In this document: one piece after another, positions 51,393 through 64,000 of the stretch | How positions within the stretch are numbered: position 1 is the stretch's first letter | How the letters are laid out: the number at the start of each line of letters is the position of its first letter | Assembly: GCA_964016885.1 (NCBI GenBank) | Contig: OZ024759.1 | Location: 19,654,001-19,718,000 of the forward strand | Reading direction: 5' to 3' | Length of the DNA stretch: 64,000 nucleotides | From: Eledone cirrhosa | Lineage: Eukaryota | Notes under the pieces: model-generated | What the model saw: the letters and a program-made list of their open reading frames with translations, nothing else | Databases searched by the model: none | What the model was told of the DNA's origin: nothing | Program-made: the position numbers and the translations under genes

Positions 51393-51920
51393 ATGTACAT
51401 ACATATATATATATATGTGTGTGTGTATGTACATATATATATATATATATGTGTGTGTTTGTGTGTGTGTGCAGGCGAGTGATGCAAGTGCACTTTTTTG
51501 TGTATGCATGTGTATGTGCACATGTTTGTGTGTGACTGTCTGTACGTGTGTGTAGTTCTGTGTGTGCTTGTGCAGATGTTTGTGTAATGTGTGTGTAATG
51601 TGTGTGTGTGTGTATGCACATGTTTGTGTGTGTGTGTGTGTGTGTATGCATGTGTGTGTGTGTTCACGTTTGTGTACGTGTGTGTGTAGTGTATGCACGC
51701 GAGTGGTGTGTGTGTGTGTGTATGCATGTGTGTATGCATGTGTGTGTGTGTGTGCGCACGTTTGTGTGTGTGTGTGTGCACGCACATGTTTGTGTTTGCC
51801 AAGTATCATATCTCTGCTGAAATACAACACACACGCAGTCCACACACATACATGCACATCTTCTCATGCATACACACACACACACACACTCACTCACACA
51901 TTCATACACACACACACACA

Positions 51921-51979
<59 letters not shown>

Positions 51980-53260
51980 AATAGTGTTTTAATATATCAT
52001 TTTTTGTCAGTTACTTTTTTTGGTAGATGGTGGTGGCGGTGGTGGTGGTAGATGGTGGTGGTGTGGTGGTGGTGGCGGTGGTAGATGGTGGTGGTGGTGG
52101 TTGTTGTGCTAGATGGTGGTGGTGGTGTGGTGGTGGTGGTGTGGTGGTGGTGGTGGTGTGGTGGTAGATGGTGGTGGTGTGGTGGTGGTGGTAGTTGTGG
52201 TGTTGGTGGTGGTGATAGTTGTGGTAGATGATGGTGGTGGTGGTGGTAGATGATGGTGGTGGTGGTTGTTGTGTGATGGTGGTGGCGGAGTTTTGATGGT
52301 GATTGTGGTGGTATGGCAGTGGTTGGTGATGGTTGTGGTTGTTGTTGTGGTGGTATGTTGTTGTGTGATGGTGGGGGGGAGGAACAGAAGTGTCCATGAC
52401 CTTTGAAAGGAAAATATCAACAGAGTGAGGGGGAGGGGGGAGCGAAAGGGAGAGTAGGGAGAGAGAGATAGAGGAGGATGGAGAGAAAGAGGAGAGAGAG
52501 TGGAGAGAGAGAGTGGGGAGAGAGTGGAGAGCGAGAGAAGGGAGAGAAGGAGGGAGAGAGAGAGAATGAGGAAGAGAGAGAGGAGGGAGAAGGAGGGAGA
52601 GAGAGAAGGAGGAAGAGAGAGAGGAGGGAGAGAGAGAAGGAGGAAGAGAGAGAGAGACTATGTGTAGTAAGTCCTAAAATATTAATTTGATGGTTGTGTG
52701 TAGTGGCTACAGGCATACACACACTTACACACACACACATTCACACACACACACACACACACACACATTCACACACACACACACACACATACACACATTC
52801 ACACACATTCATACACACATTCACATTCACACATTCACACACATAGGAAACAGATACACACACATACATACACAGAAACATAGACACACACACACACACA
52901 CAGAAACATAGACACACACACAGAAACACACACACATAGCAATGCAGACGCGCACACACACACATACATACACTGAAACATAGACACACACTTATACACG
53001 CCCCCACAGGAAACATACACACACACACACATAGGAACACTGACATACACACCATCACACTTTCATACACATATACATGCACACATAGGAATACACACTG
53101 ATACACACACACAAAGTAACACATACACACACACATATATAATATAAAGACACCCCCCACATACACACAGATATACAAGAATAAACAATACACACACAGA
53201 GACAAGTCTCTTAACTCCACATACACAGCTACACACATCCACACACATATACACACATCA
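50335..53260. repeat. Compound microsatellite field (TA, TG/CA, GGT, GA)
   Basis: Direct inspection. Confidence 0.9.
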
Positions 53261-53269
53261 TCATCATCA

Positions 53270-53965
53270 TACATCTGCTTTTCCACTCTTGCATGGGCTG
53301 GATGGGTCTTTTGTAACACAGCACCTCTCTATTTATTGTGGTCCTTTGTCATCTTCTTTGTGACCTTCAACAATTAGAGATTGGTCCTTATAACTTCTAT
53401 CTAGGCTCCTTGGTCTGCCTCTACTGCAGCTTCCTTCCACAAGGATTTCTTGGCACTTTATCATCATCATCATCATCATCATCATCATTTTACGTCCACT
53501 TTTCCCTGCTTGCAAGGGTGGGACAGGAACTGATTCTGGCTTGATTTCTACAGCTGGATGCCCTTCCTAACACCAACCTCATTTATAGTGAGTGGTGGGT
53601 GCTTTTTTTGCCATGGCACCTCCACGTCCACTTTACAGTGTGGGCTGGGTGCTTTTTTGCTGTGGCACCTCCACGTCCACTTTGCAGTGGTTTGATAGGC
53701 ACCCCAGTTCCTATCATCTCATTTCTACAGCTGAGTAAACTTTAGCAATGTGAAATAAAGTGTCTTGCTCAAAGAAACAACACATCACCCGGTCTGAGAA
53801 TTGAACTCACAACCTTTCGATTGCAAGCCCAATGCTCTAACCACTAAGCCATGTGCCTCTTCACTGGAGAGAAATGAAGCAAGTATGCTCCGTTGGATGT
53901 GCAATGTCAGTGTGCGTAAACGACCAAGCATAGACGAGTTGAGAGAGAAACTGCGTATAAGAGGA
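53270..53965. mobile_element. RTE fragments flanking a minus-strand CORE-like SINE (53460-53858)
   Basis: KCQEILVEGSCSRGRPR on the minus strand; [13 protein letters not shown]-like sequence on the plus strand; SINE head rc TAACCACTAAGCCATGTGCC. Confidence 0.75.
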
Positions 53966-55495
53966 TGAGCCAGTTATATTCAATTTGAACATAAAGAGGT
54001 GCAAGAATTCTGGCTGGATATGGCCGTTTTAAAAGCTAAAGGATTAAACTGGCCATATCTGACCAGAATTCTCTCACCTCTTTCTGTTCAAACCGGCTGT
54101 AACTGGCCACTCATACTGATAAGCTTTTGTGGTCTTGTCTTTAGAGTGCAAACCCTTTACTTCTGAGCTCCAGGCCCAGAGCCCAATCATCCTCCCCCTT
54201 CACCCTCCCCTCTCCTGTGACACTAGAGTCCTTGCCATTCCCCTTCTTTTCCATTTTTTTCCTCTCTTTTTTCTTTATATTTTCGTATTTTACATTCCAT
54301 TCTTCTCAATCTAAATTTTCTTTATTTATTTTTCTATAAAACTGTATTTACATGATATATTCCATAAATAAAATTATAATTTATTTGAGAAGTTAAATAA
54401 CTTTAAATTTCACTCAAAGTTTACTTTAAAAAAAACAAAAAAAAACGACAGAACTTTCGTTACAACCTGATATAATTAATGTATGGTTTTTAAACAAATG
54501 TAAACACTTTAAAACAAACAATTTTGTATCATAGAACCAGGAGCAGTTTCAGGTGGTTTGATATCAAATACTTAAGCTGTTATTTGGAATATAACTCAAT
54601 AAACGTCCTTACATAATATTATGATGGAAGGTTTTTATATGAATATAAACATATTAAAATAAACAGTTTGAGCAGTTTCATGTGATTTAATACCAAATAG
54701 TTAAGCTGGTGTTTGGAACATAACGCAATGGCAGTTTTTAGATAAATAAACACTTTGAAATCATCAGTTTTGTATCATAGAACCTGGAGTGGTTTCAGGT
54801 TGTTTGAACTGGAGTGTGTTAAGATTGTTGTAGTTAATGTTAGGTTTAAACACTTGCAGCTTGATATATGCAGAAAAAAACCTCCACCATTACCGAAAAA
54901 CATAACAATAAAGATAAAAAGAAATTTGTGGGTTTTTTTCTTTAGAGAGACACCATGACATCATAGATATAGATATACTCAATATATACATGCAGACATG
55001 TACATACATACACTAGTGTGTGTGTATATATCTATATCTATATCTATCTATCTAGGGCGGGTAAAGTTCCTGAGATCCATGGACGAGTTCTCTCCAGCGG
55101 TCTCTGCCCCTCATCATTGCCGCCATGTCCTGCGTCTCCAAGAGACCTGTGTCTGTTCTTAGGGAATCAACATATGTCAACCTCAGTCTCCCTCTTCTAG
55201 TGTGTCCGTGCAGTGGGCTCCCACAGGACCACTGACTGCAGTGTCAACTGTGAATGTTGGTGAGCATGTCCAGCTAACCTCAGTCTCCTCTGTGTCGCTT
55301 TTGAGCTGACTTTTGGGAGGCTCCCGTACAGCTCTGAGTTCTTCATCCTCAGTGTATATTGATATATATATATATATAATAGTAGAACACTGTTGTTGGG
55401 TTATATCCATAGTAGTAGAGCACTCAGTCCATGGGATGAGTTTGACTTCGTCTGCACATGCGTATACAATTGTTTTTTCCTTTTCCATACAATCT

Positions 55496-55549
55496 CATTT
55501 AAACCGAGCTGATGATTCGTCTAAGGTGAAACAATTGTTCTCGGAAATG
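55496..55549 (+). ncRNA. Minimal type I hammerhead motif
   Basis: CAUUU-aaa-CCGAG-CUGAUGA-UUCGUCUAAGGU-GAAA-CAAUUG-UU-CUCGG-AAAUG; palindromic ACAAUUGU; weak stem II. Confidence 0.6.
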
Positions 55550-55637
55550 GTGAATTGACTGTTGTGGAACTACTTATATATACACATATATGCAAAATAT
55601 ATGGTGGAGAAAGCAAGACATTTGATAACAAAGTTTA

Positions 55638-55742
55638 TTTCTTACACGGTTTTTCATCCTTAAGTACATTTATAATACAACAGGTAGACATATATGTTTA
55701 TATTCTACAGTAGAGATGTACTGATAAGACTCATCAGAGAAA
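55638..55742 (-). ncRNA. Hammerhead motif with long stem II and imperfect stem III
   Basis: Minus strand UUUCU-CUGAUGA-GUCUUA..AGUACAU...AUGUACUUAAGGAU-GAAA-AACCGUG-UA-AGAAA. Confidence 0.45.
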
Positions 55743-55956
55743 AATTTCTGTCCTTAAAGATGTCATGTGAATAATTATTCATTTGAGGGCCCTTGTGAAT
55801 AATTGTTCGTTTGAGGGCCAATGTGATTAATTTCAGTTGTGATTCTTGTGGTAAGTACTATTTCCTAGTATGATGCCACATTTTTTTAAATATAAACAAT
55901 GCTTTGGTACAATGTATATTTTTGGACGAAATGTTGTGGTTAAGGTAGTTATAGCT

Positions 55957-56025
55957 TATTTAATTCTGATGATTCCTAATATTGAGCTGTTAATATTAAG
56001 GATGAAACATATGTAAACTGAAATA
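55957..56025 (+). ncRNA. Type I hammerhead motif
   Basis: CUGAUGA-U-UCCU-AAUAUUGA-GCUG-UUAAUAUU-A-AGGA-U-GAAA-CAUAUG-UA-AACUG; palindromic ACAUAUGU; imperfect stem I. Confidence 0.55.
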
Positions 56026-56199
56026 TGATATAGTTAGCAGTGTTTAGTTTTAATTTTCAACATATTTCTTGCTCTATGTGAATTCATAATCGTTCATATT
56101 AGGATGACATACCTTTCTATAAAATTGTATATAGCCTTGTGTACGCTTTATAGTAATAAATCTTGTATTTTTGAGCTTTATAATCTCTCCCCTGGATAG

Positions 56200-56611
56200 A
56201 AAGATAGAGATAGTGAGAAAGAGAAAAAAGATAGAGAGAAAAGGAGATAGTTAGGAAGATAGATAAAGAGGACAATATGGATAGAAAGGTCTATATATAT
56301 ATATATAGAGTGAGGTAGAAAGATAAATAGATAGTGAGAGAGATAGAGAGAGGGAGTGTGAGAGATATAATATATAGAAATAGAAAAGACGATGTATAAA
56401 AAGCGAGGTAGAAAGACAGATATAGAGGGATATAGAGACAGATATATATAGAGAGAGAGGGAGTGAGGAAGATAGATAGATAGATAGAAATATATATAGA
56501 GAGAGTGAGGAAGATAGATAGATAGAAATATACATAGAGAGAGTGAGGAAGATAGATAGAAATATATATATATTAATATATATAGAGAGATAGAGAGGTA
56601 GATAGAGAGAG

Positions 56612-56656
<45 letters not shown>

Positions 56657-56699
56657 GAGAGAGAGATAGAAAGATATATATATATATATATAGAGAGAG

Positions 56700-56744
<45 letters not shown>

Positions 56745-56772
56745 AATATAAATATATATATATAGAGAGAGA

Positions 56773-56806
<34 letters not shown>

Positions 56807-56866
56807 AATATATATATATAGAGAGAGAGAGAGAAATATATATATATATATAGAGAGAGAGAGAGC

Positions 56867-56899
<33 letters not shown>

Positions 56900-57320
56900 C
56901 AATATATATATATATATAGAGAGAGAAATATATATATATAGAGAGAGAGAGAGCAATATATATATATATATAGAGAGAGAGAGCAATATATATATATAGA
57001 GAGAGAGAGAGCAATATATATATATATATATATAGAGAGAAATATATATATATATATAGAGAGAGAGAAATATATATATATATAGAAAGAGAGAGAAATA
57101 TATATATATATAGAGAGAGAGAGAGAAATATATATATATATATATAGAGAGAGAGAAATATATATATATATAGAGAGAGAGAGCAATATAAATATATATA
57201 TATAGAGAGAGAGAGATAGAAAGATATATATATATATATAGAGAGAGAGATAGAAAGATATATATATATATATAGAGAGAGAGAGATAGAAAGATATATA
57301 TATATAGAGAGAGAAAGGAA
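56200..57320. repeat. Alternating (TA)n(GA)n compound microsatellite
   Basis: Direct inspection. Confidence 0.9.
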
Positions 57321-57520
57321 GATAGAAGACAGTGTTATGCCATCTGTTTAAAAATCCAACATAATCCTCAAAGACTTGAATCAAAGAATTTCTGGAGAAA
57401 ACTTAAAAATATTTCTAAATTTTGGAAAGGTTTCGAAAATCTCCCATTGGGAATTGAACATTAAACAACCATGTGTGTGTATGTGTAAACATGTATATGT
57501 ATATATGTGTGTGTAAATAC

Positions 57521-57580
<60 letters not shown>

Positions 57581-57583
57581 CGT

Positions 57584-57614
<31 letters not shown>

Positions 57615-57617
<3 letters not shown>

Positions 57618-57865
57618 TATGGACACGTGATGCGCATGAAAGTCGATAGCTGTATAACAAAGTGCAGGGCAATAAAGATAGACGGTAGCCACGGAATAGG
57701 CAGACCTAGAAAAACCTGGGACGAGCTGATAAACTCCGACCTCACACACTTACACCCCTCCAAGACAATGTCACTGGACCGAGACCTTTGGCGGTACTCA
57801 GTAACAGAGAAGACCCACCTTACCTAAATACATAGTAAAACCTACTACAGCCAGTAGGCATCTCT
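57615..57865 (+). mobile_element. RTE LINE 3' end (same subfamily as 440-690)
   Basis: WYGHVMRMKVDSCITKCRAIKIDGSHGIGRPRKTW. Confidence 0.85.
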
Positions 57866-58167
57866 AACAATCACCACCATCACCACCACTACCACCACCA
57901 CCATCACTACCATCACCACTATCACCACCATCACCACCATCACCACCATCACCACCACCATCACTATCACCACCACCACCATCACCACCATCACCATCAC
58001 CACCATCACCACCACCACCACCACCACCACCACCACCACCATCACCACCACCACCACCACCATCACCACCACCATCACTACAATTATCACCACTACCGCC
58101 ACCACCATCGACTTACACCCTCTCCCTAAGTTGCTGGCCATATGCAGCATTAGAAACCATTATTACG

Positions 58168-58790
58168 AGGGCAGCGAAGTGGCAGTATTGGCAGAGCGTC
58201 GGACAACAGAAGGTAAAGGGCCATAATTCTATGCCACAAAGCATGTTGTCCGACGCTCTGCCAATACTGCCACTTATGGCCCTTTACCTTCTGAGTTCAA
58301 ATCCCACCGAAGTTAGCTTTACCTTCCATTCTTATGGGGTCGATAAAGTACCAGCAACATGCTGGGGTCAATTTAATCGACTTTCCTCACCTTTCAAATT
58401 GCTGGTCTTGACCCTAAATCAGAAATGATTATCATTATTTGGCATAGTTATGGCCCTTTCTGAGTTCAAATCCTACTGAGGTTAGCTTTGCCTTTCGTCC
58501 TTAAGGGGTCAATAAAATAAAGTACCAGTAACACACTGGGGTTGATTTAATCGACTTTCCCTCTCCCCAAAATTGTTGGCCTTGTGCCTAAATCAGAAAC
58601 TGTGGATTGGCAGTATCGGTAGAATCTGATGCACTGCTTTGCAGCGAAGAGTTACGGCCCTTTACGGTCTGAGTTCAAATCCCGTTGAGGTTAACTTTAC
58701 CTTTCATCCTCACGGGGTCGATAAAATAAAGTACCAGTAATGCACTGTGGGGTAATTGCTGGCCTTGTGCCAAAAGTAGAAACAATTATA
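58168..58790 (+). mobile_element. Three Meta-like tRNA SINE copies
   Basis: GAGTTCAAATCC B-box and GGGGTCGATAAA core. Confidence 0.75.
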
Positions 58791-59034
58791 TTATTATAAC
58801 TGTCACAAAGACTCCATTAGCAACAACAATGGCAGCATTAGCAACAATACCCCAGCCACCAGCTCACCCACCAACCACCACCTCACCCACCAGCCACAAC
58901 CTCACCCACCAGCCAGCACCTCACCCACCAACCACCACCACCACCAATAAACCTAGAATAACAATAGTAGGCTTGAAATAACAAGTACAACACCAATAAC
59001 AACTGTTTCCTTAAAGCCACCATCAACAACAAAC

Positions 59035-59500
59035 ACAACAATAACAATGACAACAAACAGAACTACAACAACAAGCACAACAATAACAATGACAACAAAC
59101 AGAACTACAACAGCAAGCACAACAATAACAATGACAACAAACAGAACTACAACAACAAGCACAACAATAACAATGACAACAAACAGAACTACAACAGCAA
59201 GCACAACAATAACAATGACAACAAACAGAACTACAACAGCAAGCACAACAATAACGACAACAAACAGAACTACAACAACAAGCACAACAATAACAATGAC
59301 AACAAACAGAACTACAACAGCAAGCACAACAATAACAATGACAACAAACAGAACTACAACAGCAAGCACAACAATAACAATGACAACAAACAGAACTACA
59401 ACACCAAGCACAACAATAACAATGACAACAAACAGAACTACAACAGCAAGCACAACAATAACAATGACAACAAACAGAACTACAACACCAAGCACAACCA
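59035..59500. repeat. 42-bp minisatellite (~11 units)
   Basis: ACAACAATAACAATGACAACAAACAGAACTACAACAGCAAGC. Confidence 0.9.
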
Positions 59501-59812
59501 CAGCCTTAAGACACCATCACCACCAACAACAACAGCAACAACTGTTGCCTTAACAAAACCGTCAATAACAACAACAACAACAAGCACAACTGTTGCCTTA
59601 ATAAAAGCCATCACCAACAACATCACAATAACAACAACAACTTCACAACAATAACAACAACAACAACAACAGTTGCCTTAATAAAGCCACCACCACCACT
59701 ACCACCACCACCAACAACAACAACAATCGTTGCCTTAAAGCCACCACCACCACCAACAACAACTGTTGCCTTAATAAAGCCATCAACAACAACAACAATT
59801 GTTGCCTTAAAG

Positions 59813-59843
<31 letters not shown>

Positions 59844-60316
59844 CAACAACAACCCTCATAATAACAACAGTAACAGTTCTATCAACAATAACAACATGCA
59901 CAACAACAACAACAACAACAACAGCCTTAAGAAAGACTCGTGTCTTGAAACATTTCAACTTTGAAGCTTTTAAGGAAACCAACTGAAAGGACACACACAT
60001 ATATATATATATATATATACATATATACATATATAGACATATATACATATGTATACATACACATACACACACATATGCATACATGCAATCACCCATACAC
60101 ACCACATGGAAACACCACATTCAAACATACACACTCACACACACCACATACAAACACACACACACCACATAAAAACACACACACCACATGCAAACATATA
60201 CACACACACACACACAACATGCAAACACACACACACCACATGCAAACACACACACACACACCAAATGCAAACATACACACACACCACTAGCACACATAGA
60301 TACACACACACCACAT

Positions 60317-60355
<39 letters not shown>

Positions 60356-60890
60356 AAATGCAAACATACACACACACACCACATGCAAACACACACACAC
60401 ACCAAATGCAAACATACACACACACACCACTAGCACACATAGATATACACACACACAACATGCAAACATATACACACACCACATACAAACACACACACCA
60501 CATGCAAACATACACACACACACCACATGCAAACATATACACCCACACAACAAACACACTCACACACACACAACAAACATACACAACATACACACACAAA
60601 AGGTTCCGTGCCATTTCCACCAAACTAACAATGTCTTTATTTCAAAGCTGTTTCTGTAACTCCCTGAACTGAAGAGGTTGGAAGGGATGAGTAACTCTAA
60701 AAAGGAAGAAGTCTTCTCTATGCTACCATTACTTACCATTACTTACCATTACTTAGTTTGGTTTTGGTACCTATTGATATTGGTAAATAACTGATGTGTG
60801 TATATATATGTGTATATATATATGTGTGTGTGTGTGTGTATATATATGTGTATATATATATATGTGTGTGTGTGTGTGTATATATATGTG

Positions 60891-60923
<33 letters not shown>

Positions 60924-60966
60924 ATATATATGTGTATATATATATGTGTGTGTGTATATATATGTG

Positions 60967-61003
<37 letters not shown>

Positions 61004-61016
61004 ATATATATATGTG

Positions 61017-61068
<52 letters not shown>

Positions 61069-61206
61069 GATGTGTATATATATATGTGTGTGTGTGTATA
61101 TATATATGTGTATATGTATATATATATGTGTATATATATATGTGTGTGTATATATATGTGTATATATATATATGTGTGTGTGTATATATATGTGTATATA
61201 TATATA

Positions 61207-61237
<31 letters not shown>

Positions 61238-61947
61238 GTGTGTGGGTATATATATGTGTATATATATATGTGTGTGTGTGTGTATATATATATGTGTATA
61301 TATATATGTGTGTGTGTATATATATGTGTATATATATATGTGTGTGTGTATATATATGTGTATATATGTGTATATATATATGTGTGTATATATATATGCG
61401 TATATATATATGTGTGTGTGTGTGTATATATATATGTGTGTGTGTATATATTTATATGTATGTGTGTATGTATATATGTGTGAGTGTCTGTATATATATG
61501 GGTGTGTGTGTATATATATGTATGCATGTGTGTATATATATATGTGTGTATGTATATATATGTATGGGTGTGTGTCTATATATGTGTGGGTGTGTATATA
61601 TATATATATATATGTGTGTGTACATATATATGTGTATATATGTGTGTGTGTATATATATATGTTTGGGTGCGTATATGTATATTTATGTGTGTGTGAGTG
61701 TATATGTATATATATATGTGTGGGTGTATATATATATGTGTGTGTGTGTATATATATATGTGTGTGTGTGTGTATATATATATATGTGTGTGTATCTATA
61801 TAATGTGTGTGTGTCGTGTTGATTTATACAAGGTGTACCCCCCCTCCCAAATATATTGACATTTAAGCAGCATTCTAATAAATATTGCCTGTACAGGTAA
61901 TCAAAGGGAAGTGTGTATACATTTTTTTGGACATCCCATGTATATAT

Positions 61948-62525
61948 ATCATCATCATCATCATCACCGTTTTACGTCTGTTCTTCCATGCTAGCATGGG
62001 TTAGACGGGTTGTCCTGTTGTGGGCAGTGTCTGGTTGGCTGACCTTGTCTTGCTCATATGGGAACTGATTCTGGCTTGATTTCTACAGCTGGATGCCCTT
62101 CCTAACACCAACCTCATTTACAGTGAGTGCTGGGTGCTTTTTTGCCGTGGCACCTGCACGACCACTTTGCAGTGGGAGGGTGTGGGGGCATATTGTTTAT
62201 ATGCTTCAGCTTGTACCCATGGGAGGTCGGGTACTCTGTATTACTGCGTGACGCCAGAGGTCACGGTCGTGTGTCATCGCCTTTGAGAGGTGTAATTGGG
62301 TAAGGTCGGCTTTTATCACCTCATCCCAGGTCTTCTTGGGTCTCCCCACTCGGCGGTTTCCATTGACTTCTAGTGCTCTGCACCTTTTTATGCAGCTGTC
62401 ATCCTTCATACGCATCACATGTCCATACCAACGCAACCACCTCTCCTGCACACAGCATTTGATTCCTCTTATGCTCAGTCTCTCTCAATTCATTTATGCT
62501 TTGCCGTTCGCGTATATTACTATTA
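61948..62525 (-). mobile_element. SINE tail (61948-62175) and RTE LINE 3' fragment (62205-62525)
   Basis: ERWLRWYGHVMRMKDDSCIKRC...GRPKKTW. Confidence 0.8.
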
Positions 62526-62599
62526 CACATATATATATTTATATATACGCACACACAGAGAAATAGATAGATAGATGGGTAAGTAGATAGATAGATATC

Positions 62600-63555
62600 T
62601 TTCTTTATTTGCCACAGGGACGGACAAAAATGGGACATTACAAGACGTGACGGTGGGGATTTTACATAAAATCTTTAACAATGATAAATAACAATAAACT
62701 ATATAAAAATAAAACAATTGAAATCCCCATTAGGGGGGGGGGGGGCAACGCTACTGCGGGTTTGTTTTACACCCCGTGGATAGAACAGCCCTCAACACCA
62801 GGAACACGTTTTGTAGGTGTTCCTGTCTTCCCTCTATTAATCTTCCTCAACCTACAGGTTTATATACAGAGAAGGCCCATTCACTCGGGCCTTTTTCGCC
62901 ACATTCACCCACCTTTCAGCAAATTTACTGGGGTGTAGCACCTCTCTCTCCACTCTCACCTTCCTTCTGAAGTGGATGAGTTGTTGTCCGGAGAGAAAGG
63001 TGTTTGCCGTCAGTCCTTTTAACCTCGTCCACCATATTACCTCTTTCGCCATAGCCACCAGACAGAGGAAAACCTCCTCTCCTTCATTCTTTAATGAAGG
63101 CGGCGGGGTGATCCTCACGATGGACTCGGCTGACAACTAGATGCGTCCCACATGTGACAGTAGCTGTTCGACATAATTCCACAGGTTGGTCACCCTTTGG
63201 GCACTGAACAATTGCATGCAGAACGGTTTCGATGTCCTGCTTGCATCTTGGACAGGTCCTTTTGGCAGGATCTCTGCCAGGGCGTCCGTGCCTGTAGATT
63301 TTGTCTAGAACTGGTAGAGCTCCACGGTAGCACTGCCAGGCCAGAGACCTCTGGAAGTTATCCATAGGTCCTTGGACGGAAAGTCCTCCCGAACAGACTG
63401 GTCAGTTCGTCCTCCTCGATGCCTAGAATTTCCCCGAGAACGTCGTCGCACTTACCCCCCCCACTAATCCTCTATAGAATGTCGACGCGGAGTCTCCGCT
63501 GATTGCCGTTTTCGCTTGGTAGAGGGCTGTGAGCGCCTGAAGGCCCTCGAGGCAG
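62600..63555 (-). mobile_element. L1/Tx1-clade LINE 3' fragment (zf-RVT-like zinc finger) with 3' UTR
   Basis: AWQCYRGALPV...CPRC...ETVLHAIVQC then AKEVIWWTR...RWV; frameshifted; ends in AAATAAAGAAA before (ATCT)n. Confidence 0.8.
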
Positions 63556-64000
63556 ATAGGTAGGTAGGTAGGTAGGCAGGTAGCTATAGCTAGATAGGGA
63601 TAGATATAGAGAGAGAGAGGGAGAAAGAGGGAGAGAGAGAAGATTGAATTATTTTTATTGTGAACCATATAAAAAATATTTTGATGTAGTTGTTGTCATT
63701 GTTGTAGTGGTTGTTGTTGTTGTTACTGTTGATATTGTTGTTCATGTTGTCATTGCTGTTGTTGTCATTGTTGTTGTTGTTCTAGTTAATGGTCTCACAA
63801 TCATTATTATTGTTGTGGTTGTTGTTGTTGTAGTAGCTATTGTTGTTATTGCTGTTGTTATTGTTGTTGATGGTCTTATACTTATTGTGGTTGTTATTGT
63901 TGCCGTTGTTGTTACTGTTGTTGTTGCCGTTGTTACTGTTGTTGTTGCTGTTGTTGCTGTTGTTACTGTTGTTGTTGCTGTTGTTACTGTTGTTGTTGTT

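Noticed and set aside
59047-59553. Thr-rich mucin-like ORF
   Set aside because: A 42-bp minisatellite within CAA-rich simple repeats, with no signal peptide or convincing splice sites.
60596-60700. Possible minus-strand exon (acceptor CTCTTCAG, frame SGSYRNSFEIKTLLVWWKWHGTF)
   Set aside because: Weak donor, no partner exons identified and no recognisable homology.

Overview
AT-rich, microsatellite-saturated animal genomic DNA. The SINE and RTE-LINE families and the (TA)n/(CA)n load suggest a coleoid cephalopod (octopus-like); this is inference. Nearly all short ORFs in the track are simple-repeat artefacts. Supported genes are (i) a ~4.1-kb exon (2472-6609, +) encoding a disordered protein with a basic TPxR/K repeat block, acidic SQ-rich repeats and a possible C-terminal CaaX box (CTIL*), and (ii) a spliced + strand gene of unknown function (candidate exons 30622-30660, 30860-30938, ~31379-32065, 36460-36548, possible promoter/first exon near 16400-16515). 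The main find is a 7.85-kb array (39147-46996) of apparently identical 466-bp units in two divergent arms (5.6 + 11.2 units) joined at a 3-nt microhomology. Each complete unit carries a type I hammerhead ribozyme fold (CUGAUGA...GAAA, palindromic stem III ACUAGU, GUA cleavage triplet, long extended stem I) plus an octamer motif, giving 16 ribozyme copies. This is the architecture expected of a retrozyme or circular RNA copied by rolling-circle reverse transcription. About a dozen further hammerhead-like motifs of other sequence families, several in inverted-repeat insertions typical of Penelope-like elements, are scattered through the window, and several share an unusual U-U at the base of stem II. 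All folds were assigned by eye and none was computed.
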